Source: an uncultured Spirochaetota bacterium (lineage in GTDB: Bacteria > Spirochaetota > Spirochaetia > SZUA-6 > DRHE01). From it: a DNA stretch of 64,000 nucleotides. The notes beneath the pieces are model-generated. The model was not told where the DNA came from, searched no databases, and saw only the letters and a program-made list of their open reading frames with translations. Below are positions 59,930 through 64,000 of this stretch, in pieces. Within the stretch, counting starts at the first letter, position 1, and every line of letters starts with the position of its first letter. The stretch lies in the NCBI GenBank assembly GCA_963745745.1, contig CAVUYS010000097.1, forward strand, positions 62,049-126,048, given 5' to 3'. The translations under genes were made by a program, and so were the position numbers.

Positions 59930-61381
59930 AAACGGCACCCATAACGCTGAGCGGCTTTTCCATTTTCCTCGGCGATCGTCCCCTGGTGAAGGAGAGCTCC
60001 TTCGCTCCCGCGCCCGGCAGCTCCTCCGTGGTCATCGGGCCGACCGGCGTCGGCAAATCCGTGCTCCTGAAAACCATCGCCGGGCTCCTCCCGACCCGGA
60101 CCTTCCGGCTCGGAGGATCCATGCGGGTGCAGGGGATCGACGCCTACCTGAACGGCCGCAAGACGGGGCATGCGCATTGGTCGAACATCATGAACCGGGG
60201 CCTGGTGTTCGTCCCCGCGGAGAGCGCCCAGGCCATGAACCCGGCCCTCACCCTGGAGCAGAACCTGAAGCTCCTGGCACCCGACGCCAGGCCCGTCATC
60301 GAGCGCCGGCTCAAGGGCCATTTCGGCCTGGACTTCGCCTCCTTCGCCCGCCTGTACCCCGACGAGGTTTCCGGCGGGGAGCTGCAGCGCATCACCCTGA
60401 TGGTCCTGCTTTCCCGGCAAGGGGACCTGGTGCTGCTGGACGAACCGACGGTGAACCTGGACCGGAACCTGCGGTGGCGTTTCATCAGCTTCCTCAACAA
60501 GGAAATCCTTCCCGCCCGGGACAAGACGGTGCTGATGGCCAGCCACGACCTGGATTTCATCCGTGCCCTGCGCTTGGACGATGTCTACAGCCTGGAGAAC
60601 GCGAGCCTCCAGCGTCTGGACGGCATCCCCAGCGCCAACGGTTTCCAGAAGCCGGAGGCCAAGAAATCCCCGGCGGAGGGACTTGCGATACGCGACCTTT
60701 CCCAGAGCTACTTCAAGCGCGGCATCTTCGGGGAACGCTCGTTCAAGGCCTTCACCGGGCTTTCCATCCAGTTCGGCCGCTCGACCATCTACGGGATCAC
60801 CGGCCCTTCCGGTTGCGGCAAGTCCAGCCTGATCAAGGCCGTCCTGCGCCTCCTGGACGGCACGAAGGGGGAGATCCTCCTGGACGGCGAGGACCTGGTG
60901 CGCATCAAGCCGCGCGAGCGCGGCCGCGATCCGGGCGCCTTCCGGGCCTTCCGGCGCAAGATGGCGGTCGTCCAGCAGGATTCGCGGTTCGCCTTCTTCC
61001 CCGACCGCCGCATCCGCGACTCCTTCCGGCACATCGCCGAGCTCCAGGGGGGGCCGGGCAGCTTCGACCGGGAGGAGCTGCTGAAGCAGCTAGCGAAGGT
61101 GGGCCTGTCGAGCGTCCACCTGGACTCGCATCCCCGCGCCGCTTTCCTCGGGTGAAATGAAGCGCATCGACATCGCGCGGGCGCTGGCCGCCAAGCCCGA
61201 GGTCCTCCTGCTGGACGAGCCGTTCGCCCACATCGACTTCGAAACGCGGGCCCGGGTGATGCGGACCATTTCGGACTACATGGCGCAGAATCCGACCATC
61301 CTCCTGGTGGTCACCCACGAGGATTACGATCTGCGCTACTTCGTGGAAAAGAGCTACGACTTCCCGGAGCTGGTGGGGTAG
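59926..61381 (+). CDS. ABC ATP-binding protein with two fused NBDs (frameshift near 61140)
   Basis: GPTGVGKS, YPDEVSGGELQR, LLDEPT and GPSGCGKS; the second signature LSSGEMKR and LLDEPF are recovered across the frameshift. Confidence 0.88.
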
Positions 61382-62439
61382 ATCATCTTATGTTGTGACG
61401 TATTGCACCCGCAAGACTCTCGCAGGCAAAGCTGTGCGTTGACTACTTTCTCCACCGGCGGCCGAATGCTTCCCAGCTTTTCGGACATTCGTTCCTGAAG
61501 AAGCTCGTAGGAAAGCTGACCAAGCTGATGCCCTACATTATTAAGTGTTGTCAGAGCGGGCGTTACCATTTCAGTGATGGAGATATCTTCGAAGGAAACA
61601 ATTGCCAGTTCTTCCGGCACATTGATGCCGGCTCTTCGCATAGCGCGAAGGCCTCCGATCGATGTATTGGCATTCGCGTAGAAAATAGCAGTTGGCCTAT
61701 TTCCAGGGTCCAAGCGCAGCAATTCTACCGTCGCTCCGTACCCCCCCCTGTAGGTCCAATCTGTCTCTCGCAAAAGCGTTCCATCGAAAAGCAGTCCTCT
61801 CTCCGCAAGAGCGCTCTTGAATCCACCGAAGCGTTCCTGGCTGGAGGAAGTATTCATTGCACCAGTGACATAAGCGATATTCCTATGCCCGTGCTCTATC
61901 AGATGCGACGTCAACAACTTCGCCCCGCGCGCATTGTCCTGCAGCACGGCATCAGCGCGAAGGCCCTTAACCCGGTTTCCGACCAACACGATCGGGATAT
62001 GATGCTGCTCAACCACGGAGCCTAGAAGCTCACCGGTTGTCCCGACCGAGACGACTACGATACCCTCGACCCGCTTGGAAGCAAGAACTCTTACCGCCTC
62101 GCTCTCACTCTCGGGTGTTTCCTCCGTGGACCCCATCACGACACTGTACCCGTTGTCTCGTGCGATTCTCTCCAAAGACAAAGCTACTTCGAGGAAAAAC
62201 TCATTTGTTATTTGAGGAAATACGAATCCGATAGTATAGGTCTTGCTCAAGCGAAGACCGCGAGCGCCCAAGTGGGGGGTATAGCCTGTTTTCTGCACCA
62301 GCGAAAGGATTTTGGATCTAAGCTCCTCACTGACGTCTGGGTGCTCGTTGATGACGCGAGAGACAGTCTTGATTGAGACTCCTGCCAGTTCTGCCAAGTC
62401 CTTCAGTCTCGTGGCGCTGGATAAGTTCTTCGTTTTCAA
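61354..62439 (-). CDS. LacI family transcriptional regulator
   Basis: LKDLAELAGVSIKTVSRVIN HTH, GYTPHLGARGL and PALTTL; TTG start. Confidence 0.93.
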   Translation of the reverse strand: MKTKNLSSATRLKDLAELAGVSIKTVSRVINEHPDVSEELRSKILSLVQKTGYTPHLGARGLRLSKTYTIGFVFPQITNEFFLEVALSLERIARDNGYSVVMGSTEETPESESEAVRVLASKRVEGIVVVSVGTTGELLGSVVEQHHIPIVLVGNRVKGLRADAVLQDNARGAKLLTSHLIEHGHRNIAYVTGAMNTSSSQERFGGFKSALAERGLLFDGTLLRETDWTYRGGYGATVELLRLDPGNRPTAIFYANANTSIGGLRAMRRAGINVPEELAIVSFEDISITEMVTPALTTLNNVGHQLGQLSYELLQERMSEKLGSIRPPVEKVVNAQLCLRESCGCNTSQHKMIYPTSSGKS

Positions 62440-62465
62440 CCAAACACTCTATGATCTAAAGCGCC

Positions 62466-63620
62466 TTATGGCCTGCGCATCTTCTGCCATTTTGCAGATG
62501 ACCTGGTGCTTTCAAGACAGGCCTCTATGAATACAAGCGATTCGACTCCGTCCTCGACAGTGGGGTAATCGCAGACGGGCAGCGGATCTCTCGCGATCTC
62601 GGCCTTGATCGCCCGGTATGCTTCGCGGTAGATATTGGCGAATGCCTCAATGTATCCGTCGGGGTGGCCTACAGGAAGGAAACTCGCTTGCTTGGCGATA
62701 TCCGAGCATGCCGCTCCTCCCTTCGAATATACGGTCTTGCGCCCGTCAGTCTCCTTGATCGTCAAGTAGTTCGGGTTTTCTTGATCCCAGGACAATCCCC
62801 GTTCAGTTCCGTAGATCCGGATGGCCAGGCCATTCTCTTCCCCGGCGAGCACTTGAGAAGCATGGATCAGCCCGAATGCTCCGCCTTCATAGCGGGCCAT
62901 GATATTGACATCTGTATCCAAGGCGCTGCGAGGTACGAAGCTGATAAGTTCAGCGCAGAGTTCCTCTATCCGCAATCCTGTTATGTATCGGGCGAGGTTC
63001 TCGGCGTGTGTCCCGACGTCCCCTAAACTGCACGTCTTTCCGCTCTTGTCAGGGTCTAATCTCCAGGGCAACGGATCAGTGACCTTCGGGGACATGAATC
63101 GAGCAAGCCACCCCTGGGGATATTCGACGACTATCTTCTTCACCTTGCCCAGGGCTTCGTTCTGGACAAGGTGGCGAGCCTCCTTGACCATTGGGTACCC
63201 TGTGAAGCTGTGGGTGAGAACAAAGACCTTGCCTGACGCTTGAACTATTTTGCGTAAACGCACGGCTTCTGCAACCGAAGTGGTCATTGGCTTATCGCAA
63301 ATGACATTGAAACCAGCCTCGAGAAAGGTCCTGGCGATATCGTAGTGTGAGTCGTTGGGTGTAACCACGGACACGAAGTCCAGACGTTCCTTTGCGGGAA
63401 GGCTAGACTCCCTGTCCGCCATGGCCCGATAATCAGAGTATACCCGCTCTGCGTCGAGACGCAGGGCTCTACCGCTGCGGACTGACTTTTCCGGGTCTGC
63501 AGAGAAAGCCCCTGCGACAAATGCTGCATCACCATCGATCACGGCCGCCTTCCGGTGAATAGGGCCGATAAACGCACCGAGGCCGCCGCCGATCATCCCC
63601 CCTCTGAGTATCCGATCCAT
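62466..63620 (-). CDS. Gfo/Idh/MocA oxidoreductase
   Basis: GMIGGGLGAFIGPIHR, VTPNDSH, VICDKP, YPQGWL and GDVGTHA. Confidence 0.92.
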   Translation of the reverse strand: MDRILRGGMIGGGLGAFIGPIHRKAAVIDGDAAFVAGAFSADPEKSVRSGRALRLDAERVYSDYRAMADRESSLPAKERLDFVSVVTPNDSHYDIARTFLEAGFNVICDKPMTTSVAEAVRLRKIVQASGKVFVLTHSFTGYPMVKEARHLVQNEALGKVKKIVVEYPQGWLARFMSPKVTDPLPWRLDPDKSGKTCSLGDVGTHAENLARYITGLRIEELCAELISFVPRSALDTDVNIMARYEGGAFGLIHASQVLAGEENGLAIRIYGTERGLSWDQENPNYLTIKETDGRKTVYSKGGAACSDIAKQASFLPVGHPDGYIEAFANIYREAYRAIKAEIARDPLPVCDYPTVEDGVESLVFIEACLESTRSSAKWQKMRRP

Positions 63621-63656
63621 TAGTGACCCCTCCGTCTACGAAAGCTGCCCTTCAGG

Positions 63657-64000
63657 TTACCTATCCAACTTGTACAACCGAACGGCATTGTCCCTTAGAA
63701 TCGCACGCCCAATCATTTTCCCTGTTTCCAGGTTTTCCCAGCCCTCATCCACCTTCCGCGCAAGCACCTCGGCAAGCACCTCTCTTGCCTGCATATAGAT
63801 TCCAACCGACTCTTCAGCAGCACCGCAGTCTGCTCCCCAACAGAACTTGTGGTATGGTACGTATTCAAACAGCTCGTATAGAACGCGCTTCAGCCCGCTG
63901 GGTCCTGGATACCCATTCAGGTGCCAGGCAAGATCTATATAAATATTGCTATAGAACTTTAAATAGGAGGCTATTTCTCCGATGTTTGCCCCTGCCCCAT
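63657..64000 (-). CDS. Amidohydrolase family protein, C-terminal part (5' end outside the window)
   Basis: Own translation: NIYIDLAW...VPYHKFCWGADC...AREVLAEVL...ILRDNAVRLYKLDR*. Confidence 0.7.
   Translation of the reverse strand, partial: GAGANIGEIASYLKFYSNIYIDLAWHLNGYPGPSGLKRVLYELFEYVPYHKFCWGADCGAAEESVGIYMQAREVLAEVLARKVDEGWENLETGKMIGRAILRDNAVRLYKLDR

Noticed and set aside
18793-61381. Many frameshifted genes read as pseudogenes or programmed frameshifts
   Set aside because: The indels are scattered over unrelated genes, including DAHP synthase and ugpB, with no in-frame stops or slippery-site pattern seen. Long-read assembly error is the simplest explanation; read polishing would settle it.

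Overview
A 64-kb stretch of a high-GC anaerobic bacterial chromosome, probably a free-living spirochaete. That assignment is inferred from the signal-peptide style of the binding proteins, the PEGA/TPR/CsgG-like envelope proteins and the many lipoproteins. Many genes are split by single-base indels, best explained as unpolished long-read errors, so several long ORFs in the track are false fusions. Contents in order: (1) an Lnb/DUF4105 gene, prsW and a membrane coiled-coil gene divergent from a HAMP adenylate cyclase; the cyclase plus coiled-coil pair recurs as a paralogous operon at 40-44 kb. (2) A lower-GC carbohydrate island (4.4-24.6 kb) with two sugar ABC transporters, GntR, three URO-D/MtaA-like proteins, a Gfo/Idh/MocA oxidoreductase and a glycyl radical enzyme with non-canonical catalytic motifs (NDGCWE and RMGGW), its activase and two accessory genes. 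This is the best candidate for an undescribed pathway. (3) The mercury-methylation genes hgcAB, convergent with a DUF362 / PIG-L / fprA operon. (4) Two tandem putative outer-membrane-barrel plus lipoprotein pairs. (5) ugpBAE, DAHP synthase, a TPR lipoprotein, a GH13 enzyme, aqpZ and a trypsin-like lipoprotein. (6) A stand-alone MshEN-like protein and an ECF sigma factor. (7) An FGE-domain lipoprotein operon with a divergent Opp/Dpp-type ABC system. (8) The end of a second lower-GC sugar island. I found no rRNA, tRNA, CRISPR array, integrase or transposase.
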